Notes: generated by a model not told the origin, from the sequence alone. A stretch of DNA of 64,000 nucleotides from an uncultured Verrucomicrobiae bacterium (GCA_963706955.1 CAVPOC010000010.1:128001-192000), one strand, 5' to 3'. Numbered from the stretch's first letter, positions 10,253 to 21,029 are shown. Made by a program: numbers and translations.

Positions 10253-11194
10253 TCAATCGGGGCGGTGCCAAACCCGGCCGAACGCGATGGCTGCTTTGAG
10301 CGCTACCTTCCGTTTGCGGACCGTGGATTCCGGGAAGAGCCGTATGGGATGCTCCGCATTGTCCCAAAAGCCCTTATCTGCTAGGGTCGGCGGCCGTCCC
10401 GACACAGTAGATCTCATATATTGTCTGGCCCAAGGCTTCGGCGAGTTCACCGCGTGCGACATCACGTAGCCGCCGCCACTGAAATCCATGCCGTCCGGAC
10501 CCAATGTGCTCGTCGGAACGTCGGTTGTCATCACGGCGATGTTCAGTAAATCCTGATCGGCCGCTTGCCACGGTGAAGTCCGATCCGTGCTGGCCAACTG
10601 AGTCGTGTCATATCCAAACACCTTGGCAGCTTCCAGCAAGGATTCCCAAACTTCCAGGACCTTCCGCACCCTCCCGGGAACACCGACAAAGCCGCCGTTA
10701 TAGTAGCGGCTAAGACTTCGCTTTTCCGTCAGTTGAGCGCTCCTGGCGATTTCCATCCATTGAAAGCGCAGCGGATGGTCGCTCGGCAAGTATGGGAAGG
10801 TCGCATCCTCCACCAGGGCCAGCCCATTCTGCACCCATTCCTCAAAGAAACTCCAGCGGCACTTTACCGTGATATCCGGATCGAAGTAACAGAGGATGTC
10901 CTCGTCCTTCAAAAATTCTGTGAACATCTGCCGCATAAAGATCGGTTTATAGCTGGTCAGATGGAGCGAGGTGTCCAGCAGAAGGAAACGGATGCGACAG
11001 CCGCCACCGACGTCGAAATCAGTAGTTCCTGACCCGGTTGAAGTTGAATTCGCCCAGGGCGGCAAAGCCCCACGATATCCCGCAAAGACAGTTCCGCGAA
11101 AACCATTCCGATACAGCGAGTTGACCAGAGCGCCTAGACCCAGATGATAGGTTCCCTCGAACAGCGAGCAGACGTAGGCACTCATCTTCGGCAA
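10253..11194 (-). CDS. GT-A fold (GT8-like) glycosyltransferase-like protein
   Basis: YKP, YFDPDI (DxD), YNGGF, DQDLLN, H...KPW motifs; start may be ATG 11185. Confidence 0.65.
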   Translation of the reverse strand: MPKMSAYVCSLFEGTYHLGLGALVNSLYRNGFRGTVFAGYRGALPPWANSTSTGSGTTDFDVGGGCRIRFLLLDTSLHLTSYKPIFMRQMFTEFLKDEDILCYFDPDITVKCRWSFFEEWVQNGLALVEDATFPYLPSDHPLRFQWMEIARSAQLTEKRSLSRYYNGGFVGVPGRVRKVLEVWESLLEAAKVFGYDTTQLASTDRTSPWQAADQDLLNIAVMTTDVPTSTLGPDGMDFSGGGYVMSHAVNSPKPWARQYMRSTVSGRPPTLADKGFWDNAEHPIRLFPESTVRKRKVALKAAIAFGRVWHRPD

Positions 11195-11500
11195 GGTTTT
11201 ATCCTTAAAAAATGGGCAGTCAATCTACTATCCAGCGCGCATCCGCCTTCAAAACAGCGCAGGCGGAAACACGAAGATCAGAGTCCAAATACCTTTGCGG
11301 ATGGGGCGGCTAAGCCAAGATGATCGCTGCGGGTGATCGGAAAACCCGGATCTTGTCGGATCCAAAGAATCCCGGCGCGCGCAAGGAGTAATGGAGTGAT
11401 CGCTTGTGCGACCAATGCCATTGTGTCTACTGCTATTTTTCTTGCCTTCGAAAATCTGGAAACTAAGCAGGCTCATGGGACCCTGCTTGGGATCCGCGAG

Positions 11501-12077
11501 ATGAATCCGCTCGGTGATAGCAAGGATGCAATCGATCCCGCCGTGATGCGGCGTGTGGCGGAGGGCGATTCCGCCGCCTTCGAGCGCGTCTACGACGCAT
11601 TTTCGGGCATCCTCTACTCCCTTGCGCTGACGAATACTTGAACGCCCGGAGGATTCGGAGGAACTTCTTCAAGAGGTGTTCTTGAAGATTTGGAAAGATG
11701 CTGCGGACTACGACCCCCGTCGGGGGGCTCCGCTTGCCTGGGCGATTACGATTACCCGGCACAAGGCGATCGACCGGATTCGCGCCACCGCCCGCCGGCT
11801 CCGCCTCTACGAAACCGCGGAGGCAGAAGCCAAAAACAGCCCCGCAGCTATCCCCCAGCCTCTGAGCGACGCGGAACATTCGGAAAGCGCACGAGCCGTT
11901 CGGCAATCTCTGGATCACCTGCCTCCTGAGGTCCGCCAATCCATTGAGCTGGCCTTTTTTGGGGGTCTCTCTCACAGCCAGATCGCCGCAAAACTTTCCC
12001 TTCCGATCACCACCGTCAAGAGCCGCATTCGCCGCGCCATGATGCAGCTCCGACAATCTCTAAAGCACTACGCATGA
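11501..12077 (+). CDS. ECF sigma factor (SigK-like), with an apparent +1 frameshift at ~11630
   Basis: Removing A11630 joins GDSAAFERVYD...LAL to RILERPEDSEELLQEVFLKIW...TVKSRIRRA; overlaps the anti-sigma start. Confidence 0.85.
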
Positions 12078-12907
12078 GCCCGGAGGAACGAGAAGAATTG
12101 GCATCGCTTTACGTGCTCGGCGCGCTCGAGGGCGAGGAGCTCGCGGCGTTCGAACGCGAGCTGGCGGCTCAACCCGAACTTGCCGCATTGGTCGGCGAAC
12201 TTGAACAGGCTTCGACAATCCTGGCGACGATGGTTCCACAGCACAAGGCCCCCGAAATCGTCCGGCAGTCCGTCTTTCAACACATCCGTAGCCCGGTCCC
12301 AGACGAAGAGCCCTTGCGCAAGCCTGCCTTCTCGTTCGCCTGGGTCCCTTGGGCAATTGCCGCCGGACTTGCGGTCTCTTGTGTCCTGCTCTGGAACGAA
12401 AGAACTCGGCTGGGTTCAGCCATTGCTGGGGTTGAACAAGAGAACAATACTCTCCAGGAACGCGTCGCCAGCCTCAATGCGGAGCGTGGCCGGCTGGAAT
12501 CGCGGATCAGTACCTTGGAAAAAGAACGCGAGGACCTCCAGGTCAGGGTCGCTTCTCTCGAGGGGCGCGATCCTCTCAGCGGTATTCAGCCGGTCATGCT
12601 GCTGGCGCAGCCAGGAGCCCCTCCTGGGGCGGAAGTGATGGCTGTGTGGGATCTGCATCGACGGGAGGGGTGCCTTCATGTTGCCGGCCTTCCCAAACCC
12701 GCGCCAGACAAGGATTATCAGCTTTGGATCATTACCCCCGAAGCCAAGCAGCCCCTGGATGCTGGACTTGTCTCCGCCGACAAAAATGGCGTGCCCTTTA
12801 GTGCCAGGCAGCCGCTCGACCGGATTGCGGCCCTCGCGATCTCCATCGAACCGAAAGGGGGCTCGACTGCTCCACAAGGACCGGTCGTCTTCCTCGGAAA
12901 ACTCTGA
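12074..12907 (+). CDS. RskA-family anti-sigma factor with coiled-coil insert
   Basis: ELASLYVLGAL, TM helix WAIAAGLAV, DYQLW, AISIEPKGGS..P.GPV. Confidence 0.88.
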   Translation: MSPEEREELASLYVLGALEGEELAAFERELAAQPELAALVGELEQASTILATMVPQHKAPEIVRQSVFQHIRSPVPDEEPLRKPAFSFAWVPWAIAAGLAVSCVLLWNERTRLGSAIAGVEQENNTLQERVASLNAERGRLESRISTLEKEREDLQVRVASLEGRDPLSGIQPVMLLAQPGAPPGAEVMAVWDLHRREGCLHVAGLPKPAPDKDYQLWIITPEAKQPLDAGLVSADKNGVPFSARQPLDRIAALAISIEPKGGSTAPQGPVVFLGKL

Positions 12908-12965
12908 AGGCATCCCGGCTGTCCTCGAACGGGCGAGCGGCCCAATCGTACCGGGAATTCACGCA

Positions 12966-12993
12966 TTGACGTTTGGAGGCGCCCGGCTATCTT
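12966..12993 (+). promoter_or_regulatory. Putative sigma70 promoter of tRNA-Gly
   Basis: TTGACG-N16-TATCTT ending 15 nt upstream of the tRNA. Confidence 0.55.
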
Positions 12994-13008
12994 TTTGGGC
13001 TCCCAAGC

Positions 13009-13067
<59 letters not shown>

Positions 13068-13084
<17 letters not shown>

Positions 13085-13444
13085 TCCTCGATGGAGCCAC
13101 GCGCGCAGCGCGAAAGCGATCCGGAGACTCGAACGCCGTTCGAATGCCCTGCGCGCCAGCGCTTCCTCCAAGCGAAGCCACCTTGGCATGGTTCCCCTCG
13201 AGCGAACAATCTCGTCACCCGCTCCATCCTCGATGGAGCCACGCGCGCAGCGCGAAAGCGATCCGGAGACTCGAACGCCGTTCGAATGCCCTGCGCGTCA
13301 GCGCTTCTTCCAAGCGAAGCCACCTTAGCATGGTTCGCCTCGAGCGAACAATCTCGTCACCCGCTCCGTCCTCGATGGAGCCACGCACGCAGCGCGAAAG
13401 CTTTTTCGGGACTCGAACGCAGTTCGAACGCCCTGCGCGTCAGC
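13068..13444 (+). repeat. tRNA-linked tandem repeat: 142-bp unit x ~2.7, each starting with the last 17 nt of tRNA-Gly
   Basis: Units start at 13068, 13210 and 13352 with TCTCGTCACCCGCTCC; units 1 and 2 differ at 4 of 142 positions; unit 3 is truncated and diverged. Confidence 0.95.
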
Positions 13445-16003
13445 CGATGGTCCGCGCTTGGTGTTTGCATTACAACCGTCCGCAACGCAGAAAAGTTCCC
13501 CATTCGCGCCTGTGAAGTCTCTCCTCAAAGATCACCCAGCACGTCCGGGAGCGACCCCGCTGCGGCAACGACTGAATTCGCCGCAAGCTTGGGTCACACG
13601 ATCACAATCCGGACCGTCGCCAATAGGTCCGCCTTGCGAGTTCCGAAGAGGGAAATTGGCTTCTCCCGAACAACTTGAGGCTCGTCCGGCAGTCTCGGGA
13701 AAGGATCCGAAAAACTTTAGGCGTACGTCGCGGCTGGCAAAGAATCTAACGAAACGCAGTATCGATGCGCGCGTGGAGGATTAGTTCCAAAGTTAGGGCG
13801 CCGGTTGTGGCTCGCCGTAGATAAAGTCGTCCATCATCACGATGTCGCGTTTCCCCCCATCGTCAGGGCCGGGTGCCGAGTTGCCGGTGATAATGCGGAC
13901 TCGGGCGATGATCGCCTCGTCGAATACGAGGCCGAAAAAGGAAATATTCGCGTTCCTGGGAGAAGCCGGAACGACCCCGCGGAACAGCAGTCTGTTACTT
14001 GCGTCGTAATACTCTATCGACGTGCTTGACCGGCGACTTTTCTTGTTGCCGAACCCGCTCCCCTCTTGCTGGTCAACATCTGTGAAAACCGCACCAAAGC
14101 CCCTCACCAACGCCGGAGTACCTCCGTCTGTGCCGGGGATGAAAAACAGAGCGTGAGTGACGTTACTGCCCACCGGAGTGAATAGCCGGAAGGGGCTGAA
14201 GGTGCTGAAGATGGTGTTATAGGTCGGGTTGTTGAAAAAGAATGCCAGGCCGTCAGGGGGACCCTGGATAAGGCCTTCGCCCCGCGTGAGGAACTGCGCG
14301 CCGCGAGTGTTCAGAAAGACGTTGAACGGTGTCGCCGGGCTATCGGTTGTGGTATTGTTACCGCCGCCGTCCCAGTTGATCTCGCGACGTCCCGAGGGGA
14401 GCGGGCCTGGAGCATTGAGGTTGTTTCCTGGCTCCCCGAAAGCAGCGCGAAACGCATCGACCGTACTTTGAATGGACTGCTCCGTGTCTGGTGGAGCGGG
14501 GTTCGGCCCAGCGGCTTGAAAGATCATCACTCCTATACTCCCCAAATCGGTCGCGACGGCTGGTGAGCTTGTCTCCCCTCCACCCGAGCCAGTCCCCTCA
14601 TCGCTCGAACCACCGTCGACTGTGTCCGTGCCGGAACCGTCTGTCTCAGTGTCGGTATCGACCTCGTCAGAGCCAGAGTCACCGGCGACGTCTGAACCGT
14701 TCGTATCTCCGAGTTGCGCATGACAAACCGGAACCAGGGCCGGACTTAAGGCAAATGTCGACAGTATTATTGCGATGAAGTGCAATTGCTTATGCTTATT
14801 CATAAGGTTTCATCTTGTTGAATTGTAGCGATTACTAACTCAGGTCTGATCGGAACTAACGGGTGACAGGTAATTGCTTTCGGCCATCCGGCGCGTCTGG
14901 ACGGAGTCTTAGACTGACCACGCGCGTCTCCATGAGTGCATAAAGTGCCCAAAAGTTGATTAGAAAGTCAAAGACAAACTGCCTTTGAGGGGTGCGCCGT
15001 GAGCATGGATGACTACTTAGGATGAGAGAGATAATCACAACTCACTGAGGCTCCAAGGTTTGGGAAAGGTAAGTTCTTCCTAAGCTAAAAGCCTAAATTT
15101 TAGCAGGGAGGTTGAAATTGCGCAGTCGACGGGACGCTTACGAACGTGCCACACGCCTCAGATGCTCTTCCGATAGTTATCTCCAGAGAAGATAGGGATG
15201 CGCTGCTAAGCGCTGCACGCGACAGCATAAAAAGCTGAACACTAATCCAGAAGGACTTGCGTGTTCGAGGAGAAGCTCCTGTGGCGAAGAAGACATAAAT
15301 AAGCGCCAGCTGGTCGACGAATTGATTGAAAGGATCCACGAGATCGCCCAAGCGCGAGCTAAGGCTCCTCGTGGACTTCCTCCGCGATGAATTCTCTTAA
15401 CAGTCGGACAGGCTCCTATCGGTCTTCCTCGTGCCTAAAGCGCTCCTCTGGTGGCAGAGAAACTGCAATTAGTCATGTCGCTATTTTGATGAGTTATCCC
15501 TTCGACATCAACAACTAGGGGCATTCTAAAAGCATCAGTGCGCTCTTAAGTTGAGCCTCGAACCAGAGCAGCAACTTGGCTTGATTCCTAAGCTGGGATC
15601 GATAATGCCGTGATTGCTGGCTTCCGCGCGCCACGATCTGCTTGCTAAGATATTGCAGCTCCGCACCTTTCTTGTAGATGGTTTAAATGGATCGTTCGGC
15701 GTTTCAGCGAAAGAGACATCTCGTTTCAAATGTGATCCAGCATAGGGTGCGCAGATTCTTGACACCGGCATCTCCTCCGTGTTCACGCTCAAAGTAAGCG
15801 CATTTATTCCCCTTAGATCTTCAATCGTCTCTCATACGATTCGTGCACATCGCTCATCCGCAGCAATTTAGTTCTTGTTGACAGGATAGAGGGTCTGCGC
15901 CGCCAATCACCGGTGTCAACAGCGCTTTCCCCACCTCGGCAGAGAAAGCACCAGCTCTTTGATCCACAGAGTCTCGTCACCGGCTCGATCTTCGATGGAG
16001 CCA
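13085..16003. mobile_element. Relic genomic islet at tRNA-Gly, bounded by an attR-like copy; no integrase
   Basis: 15969-16003 GAGTCTCGTCACCGGCTCGATCTTCGATGGAGCCA resembles tRNA 3' end plus trailer; more AT-rich, decayed interior at 14.85-15.95 kb. Confidence 0.55.
13793..14803 (-). CDS. Secreted protein: signal peptide, acidic D/T/S/G linker, GRREINWDG-type domain
   Basis: Signal ...VCHA|Q; low-complexity linker; FRAAFG...GRREINWDG...DDFIYGEP domain resembles those in PEP-CTERM proteins. Confidence 0.75.
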   Translation of the reverse strand: MNKHKQLHFIAIILSTFALSPALVPVCHAQLGDTNGSDVAGDSGSDEVDTDTETDGSGTDTVDGGSSDEGTGSGGGETSSPAVATDLGSIGVMIFQAAGPNPAPPDTEQSIQSTVDAFRAAFGEPGNNLNAPGPLPSGRREINWDGGGNNTTTDSPATPFNVFLNTRGAQFLTRGEGLIQGPPDGLAFFFNNPTYNTIFSTFSPFRLFTPVGSNVTHALFFIPGTDGGTPALVRGFGAVFTDVDQQEGSGFGNKKSRRSSTSIEYYDASNRLLFRGVVPASPRNANISFFGLVFDEAIIARVRIITGNSAPGPDDGGKRDIVMMDDFIYGEPQPAP

Positions 16004-16209
16004 TGGGCTCAAGTCTATCGATTCTTAGCGCACTTGGCACAAAATCATTGTCGTGAAGCGAAATGGACCAAGTCGTCGTCCTCTACGATGAATCGTTGCC
16101 TCATGTTGGTCCTAACGGTGTTATCTCCTCTAACGCTCGGAGGAACCTGCACGCGGGCGCGTCCTTGCCGAGCGCGCTCCACGTGCAACTATCGTTGCCG
16201 TGCTCTGCG

Positions 16210-16360
16210 TGGCGGCACGTGTGGGTGCCAGAGCTCAGGAGTATTGCTACTGAATGCCAGCACGAGCCGCCACCCTCGGGCGAGCGCCTCCCGCCCGATT
16301 ATCCCGCCCCTTTGGTAGACCACGCGCTCGTGGAGGCGCCGGAGCTCTTCGCAAAGACCG
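16210..16360 (+). pseudogene. 3' remnant of a DNA photolyase (PhrB) gene
   Basis: WVPELRSIATECQHEPPPSGERLPPDYPAPLVDHA matches the photolyase C-terminal WVPEL...YP.P.VDH motif; remainder absent. Confidence 0.6.
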
Positions 16361-16481
16361 GGGAGCACACGCGTTTCGTGTCCCGCGTCCTCGCCGGACC
16401 TGGCTTTGCACCTCCAGATAGACCATAAAAATTGTCTTCGGCGAGCCGCCGAAGACTGCACGGGAGACGCATGCGCTCCCC
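16360..16481. repeat. GGGGAGC...GCTCCCC palindromic element (family B)
   Basis: Terminal inverted repeats GGGGAGCACACGCGT / ACGCATGCGCTCCCC; internal GTCTTCGGCG-AGC-CGCCGAAGAC hairpin. Confidence 0.7.
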
Positions 16482-16966
16482 AGTGACACAGAGCCCGAGC
16501 TTATCGAGCGATACGCTCACCCTATCTGTTGGAAAAAACGTGTTAGGAGGAACAATACGATAAGATTGGTGACCTCCCTGATAAAGTTTTAGCCCAGCCT
16601 TCTAGTCCGCGACCTATCGGTTTTTATTCATTCGTCGTGTTCGCTAGCGAGCCCACTCCCGCCCCATCCTGTTGTCGGGGGCCACCTAGGAAACCTTGTG
16701 CAACCTCACCCTTAACAATCCTTAGCCTTTGGCGTCGCCTTCTTTTGCGCGGCGCAAGAACATCAATGGAAAACCGTGCCAGTTTAGAAATCTAGCGTCC
16801 TTTGGCGCAGCGGATCTCTTGGTGCTCTCCGGATTGACCTCGACCGCCAATTATTAGGCAGAAGGTAGCTAAGGAAGCGCGAAGAAGGAAAAGATTTCGC
16901 CTCGTTCCGTGCGTTGTCAGCGTTTGTCATGGACAAAACTCCGTCCGTTGTGTTTCTGGCGGCTCT

Positions 16967-18055
16967 GTGGAAACAACGCCGCCCCCGCTGCCGGTCGCAA
17001 GTCGCTCCTTTCTCGAGTTTCGCGGAAGCGGTCGCGAATACTTCGGTATCTGGATCGTCAACCTCGTCCTCTCCATCATCACCCTCGGCATATACATTCC
17101 GTGGGCTCGCGTGCGCACGCGCCGCTATTTTTATCGCAACACCCTGCTCGACGGCCACAGCTTCGACTACCTCGCAGATCCGAAACGCCTACTCATCGGC
17201 TACGTGATCATCGGCGCCTTCTTCGTAAGTTACAGCATCGCGGGCACCATCGACCCATTCGTCGCGTTCGGCGTCCTCGGGTTATTCGCCGCCGTCTTCC
17301 CTTGGCTCTACTACAAGTCCGCACGCTTTTTTGCGTCCAACTCCGCCTATCGCAATATCCGCTTCCGCTTCAACGGCTCCGTCGGAGGCTCCTACTCCGC
17401 CTATCTTGGCTGGCCGCTCCTCGCCATCCCCACCCTCGGCCTGCTTGGCCCTCTGGCCATCTTCAAGCAAAACAAATACTTCTTTAACAATTTCTCCCTC
17501 GGCTCACTCCGCTCCGAATTCCGCGGACGCCCCGGCTTCTTTTTTGGCGTCCTCTACGCCCTCGGCTTCGTGGTCTTCGTTCTCGTTGGTGTCCTCATCG
17601 CCGGCGTCTCAATCCTGGCCGGGCTGACGCGCACCTCCGGCGAGAGCACCACCTCCACGACTACGACGGAAGAAGTGCAATTGCTCATCGCTCTTACCCC
17701 GCTCGTCTCCGTTTACGTCATATTCTTGGTCTTCTTCGGCGTTTGGGGCGTCCTGAGCCGCAACTATTGCTGGAACAACGCCGTCCTCAAGCCGGGCCCC
17801 GACGAAGTCCGTTTCGAATCGCGCCTCGGCATTAGTCGCTATCTCTGGATCTTCGTGAGCAACATCGTCCTGACCATCGTCACTCTCGGCCTCTTCGCCC
17901 CCTGGGCTGCGGTGCGCATGTTCCGCTATCGCACCTCCTGCCTCTCCGTCTACGGTGCCACTTCGCTCGACGACATGGTGGCAGAAATCTCCGCCGAACC
18001 CAACGCCATGGGTGATGCGGCCTCCGACCTCTTCGATTTCGATTTCGGGCTGTGA
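16967..18055 (+). CDS. YjgN-family (DUF898) membrane protein
   Basis: FRGSGREYFGIWIVNLVLSIITLGIYIPWARVR; C-terminal FDFDFGL. Confidence 0.92.
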   Translation: METTPPPLPVASRSFLEFRGSGREYFGIWIVNLVLSIITLGIYIPWARVRTRRYFYRNTLLDGHSFDYLADPKRLLIGYVIIGAFFVSYSIAGTIDPFVAFGVLGLFAAVFPWLYYKSARFFASNSAYRNIRFRFNGSVGGSYSAYLGWPLLAIPTLGLLGPLAIFKQNKYFFNNFSLGSLRSEFRGRPGFFFGVLYALGFVVFVLVGVLIAGVSILAGLTRTSGESTTSTTTTEEVQLLIALTPLVSVYVIFLVFFGVWGVLSRNYCWNNAVLKPGPDEVRFESRLGISRYLWIFVSNIVLTIVTLGLFAPWAAVRMFRYRTSCLSVYGATSLDDMVAEISAEPNAMGDAASDLFDFDFGL

Positions 18056-19069
18056 CCCGCGCCCGGCTTTACGATGGCCACCACGGCCGGGCTGAAGCGG
18101 TCGATGCTACCCTCGTCGCCGAACAGAGCGCGATCAAAATTCAACACGCCGACGGTCGTGTGACGATCGTCCCCGCGACGAGCGTCCGGCTCGAGCCGCC
18201 CCTCGGCCGGACCGCCCGCCGCCTCTGGCTCGATGAGACCGCCTACCTTGAACTCGAACAACTCGGAAGCCTTGCTCCCCTTGAAACCCGCGTCTCCGCT
18301 GGTTCCCGCTTCGTCAACGCCGCCGAGCGCAGGCTCTCCACTGTCCTCATCGCCGTTCCCATTCTCCTTCTCGTGCTCTGGCTCGTCGTGAAAATCGGAA
18401 TTCCGGCCGTCGCCGACAGCCTCGCGACCAAACTTTCTCCCGAACTCCTCGCCGCCATTGACCGCCAAGTCCTCAAGGGCCTCGATACCACCTATCTCGA
18501 CCCCTCCGAGCTTCTGCCCGCCCGGCAAATGGAAATCGTCGAGGGCTTCCGCGCCCACACCGCGAGCCAGCCCTAGCCTCCCTGCCTACCACATCGAATT
18601 CCGAAAACTCGATGCGGGCCCCAACGCCTTCGCCCTTCCGGGCGGTGCCATCATCCTCACCGACGAGATGGTCGAAATCGCCCAATCCAACGACGAACTC
18701 TTCGCCGTCCTCGGCCATGAACTCGGTCACGTCCACCACCGGCATGGCATGAACCTCGTCTTACGAAAAATGGGTCTTTTCCTCCTCGTCAGCTTCTTCC
18801 TCGGCGACGTCAGCCCCCTCTTCGCCACCGCTGGCGCCCTCCCCGCCGTCCTGGTTGAGACTGGCTACTCGCGCCATTTTGAGAGCCAAGCCGACGACTA
18901 CGCCATTCGGTTCTGCATCGCCAGTCGCATCGGCCTCAAGCCGATGATCGCCCTCTTCCGTCGCCTCCGCGAACGGGCAGGCGACCACGCCCTTCTCACC
19001 TGGCTCTCCACCCATCCCGCACTCGAGGAACGCCTTCACGTCCTCGAACAGCACGACCAATCAAACTAG
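18052..19069 (+). CDS. M48-family metallopeptidase, with an apparent +1 frameshift at ~18573
   Basis: PNAFALPGG, HELGH, YSR..E..AD, STHP; removing one C of CCC at 18571-18573 fuses the two ORFs; usual YjgN partner. Confidence 0.85.
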
Positions 19070-19282
19070 GCCAGCCGCCTCCATTTTCTCCTCTGGCGAC
19101 CATACCGAGAGACCGCCATGCCCGCGATCGGGCAGGCAAGAGCAAGCAAATCAAGCGCCGCGTCATCTCCATGTTCCAGATCGCGCAGGTAAATTCAAGG
19201 GGAGACTTCGTGGGAGGACTCCTGTCAATTCGTGGGGCGAAGTCTTACGAGGATTGGGCACTCCACTAGCCTGTGGAAGGCG

Positions 19283-19651
19283 CTACGCTTTCTTTGGCGG
19301 CTCCGCGTAATGAGTCATCCCTGAAATGTCGATCGCCACGAACGGCTCATCGCCTATCACCCATGCGTCGTGTCCTGGTGGGAGCAACGAAACGTCGCCA
19401 GGCTCGAAGTCCATTTCGCTGCCGTCATCCATGACGACATGGAGGCGTCCTGAGATGTGATATTGAAGATGGGGTGCCTGGCAGCTTTCCGTCTTGGCAA
19501 TCGGTTTTACGCAAGTTGACCACTTCCAGCCCGGTTGGAGGGTGACACGGCCGAATGTCACGTCTCCGAGAGTGACGAGTTCCACTTCGCCTTTGTCGAA
19601 GCTGCGCTTCTCATCCGGTTGCGACATGTTTTTGGATTGCATCTGCGTCAT
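19283..19651 (-). CDS. Cupin-domain protein
   Basis: QPGWKWS, CQAPH, SGRLHV, PPGHDAWV. Confidence 0.85.
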   Translation of the reverse strand: MTQMQSKNMSQPDEKRSFDKGEVELVTLGDVTFGRVTLQPGWKWSTCVKPIAKTESCQAPHLQYHISGRLHVVMDDGSEMDFEPGDVSLLPPGHDAWVIGDEPFVAIDISGMTHYAEPPKKA

Positions 19652-20075
19652 CGCTTGAGTGTAAGAACTTTCTCTTTTTAAGGCGAGGCTATTTTGCTCC
19701 TTGTCGGTATGCCTCGTAGTTCGTTGAACCAATCGCCTGAAGCGGGAGCGTTTGTTGGAATCGCAGGCGCAGGCAAGGGCAGCTGCGATTAATCGTCGAT
19801 CTGCAGAAGATCCGGCAATGCCAGTCTTAGTTTCTCTACATAATTCCTCAGTCGGGCGTTCGCGTCGATAAGTGCCTGACAAGCGAGCACGGTCGCCTGG
19901 ATAATTGTGTGCCCCCACGCAGGGCTTCACTAATAGTCGTCGCTAGAAAGCACTATGCTCTTTTGTCACCTGTCCGTCGAGCCGCAGCAAAATCTCGCAG
20001 GCAGAGAGTTACACGAAGATAGCGAGGGCTATCAAATTGTTTAAAATTGCGGTCGAGGAATGGGGGAACGGAATC

Positions 20076-21029
20076 TTATGGGACGGGGAAGCAATCGAGA
20101 TCGTTCGCAAATTCAACGGGGCCTGAGAAGTTCTTACGGATCTCCGTGAGGGTCCGCTCTTCGTCGCCCAAGGTGCGGAGCATGCGGTGAGACAACACCA
20201 GCCGCTTGACGCGCGCCTCCTCAGCGATCTGTCCGATCAGAGACGGAGGCATATGCAGCCGTCGCTCAACCCCAGTAGCGCCTTCGGAAACAGCGTTGTG
20301 AGCAATAAACAAATCCGCATCTTTTGCTAGCCGCACCAGCTCGACACCCTCGCCATTCGTGTCCCCGCTAAAGGCGATGGCCTTGCCGGCAATTTCGACA
20401 CGCCACGCTAAGGCCGGGACAGACCCATGAATGACCCGTGCGGCATACGCCGAAAGATGTTCGCCACGAAATGCCGCCGAAGATGGATCCCCGACCACAT
20501 TGTGAGGCCGCAGCTCGTAACCGCTCTCCTTTTGAGGCGGCAGTAGAAAACTCAAATAACGATAGAGACCGCTCCGACTATGGAAAAAAGCGTGCACGAA
20601 ATCTACCGTCGACGGAAACTCGCTGTCGCCCGCTGGGCCATACACGGGCAGCGGACGTTCGCGCTCTTCAAACCAGGACGAGAAGATCAGGGCCGGAAAA
20701 TCGGCGCTGTGGTCAACGTGGAAGTGAGTGAACAAGATCACGTCGAGTTGGGACATTTTCGCGCCACTCTCTCCGAAACGAAGACCGCTGCCACCACCGG
20801 CATCTATTAACACCCGCGCCTGTCCGTCTTGCCACACCAGATAGCTGCTGGAAGCTCGCTTAGCATGTAGCTCCGGTCCGCCGGATCCAAGCACTTGAAC
20901 TGCAATACCCTCTCCACCGCAAGTTTCAGCATCACCCGAAGGAATAAGTGGAAAATTTATGACAAGAGTCACCGAACAGAGTAGCGGGATAGAGCGGAAA
21001 ACGCTCCGATGCATGTTTCGTTCGCTCAT
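20076..21029 (-). CDS. Secreted MBL-fold metallo-hydrolase (arylsulfatase/RNase Z-like)
   Basis: LGSGGP, THFHVDH, SGDT, LVLSH; N-terminal signal-like segment. Confidence 0.85.
   Translation of the reverse strand: MSERNMHRSVFRSIPLLCSVTLVINFPLIPSGDAETCGGEGIAVQVLGSGGPELHAKRASSSYLVWQDGQARVLIDAGGGSGLRFGESGAKMSQLDVILFTHFHVDHSADFPALIFSSWFEERERPLPVYGPAGDSEFPSTVDFVHAFFHSRSGLYRYLSFLLPPQKESGYELRPHNVVGDPSSAAFRGEHLSAYAARVIHGSVPALAWRVEIAGKAIAFSGDTNGEGVELVRLAKDADLFIAHNAVSEGATGVERRLHMPPSLIGQIAEEARVKRLVLSHRMLRTLGDEERTLTEIRKNFSGPVEFANDLDCFPVP

Noticed and set aside
14850..15960. Integrase or intact genes inside the islet
   Set aside because: Only short broken frames; no tyrosine or serine recombinase motif recognised
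20076..21029. RNase Z processing the tRNA repeat array
   Set aside because: N-terminal signal-like segment and arylsulfatase-like features point to an exported hydrolase; no linkage evidence
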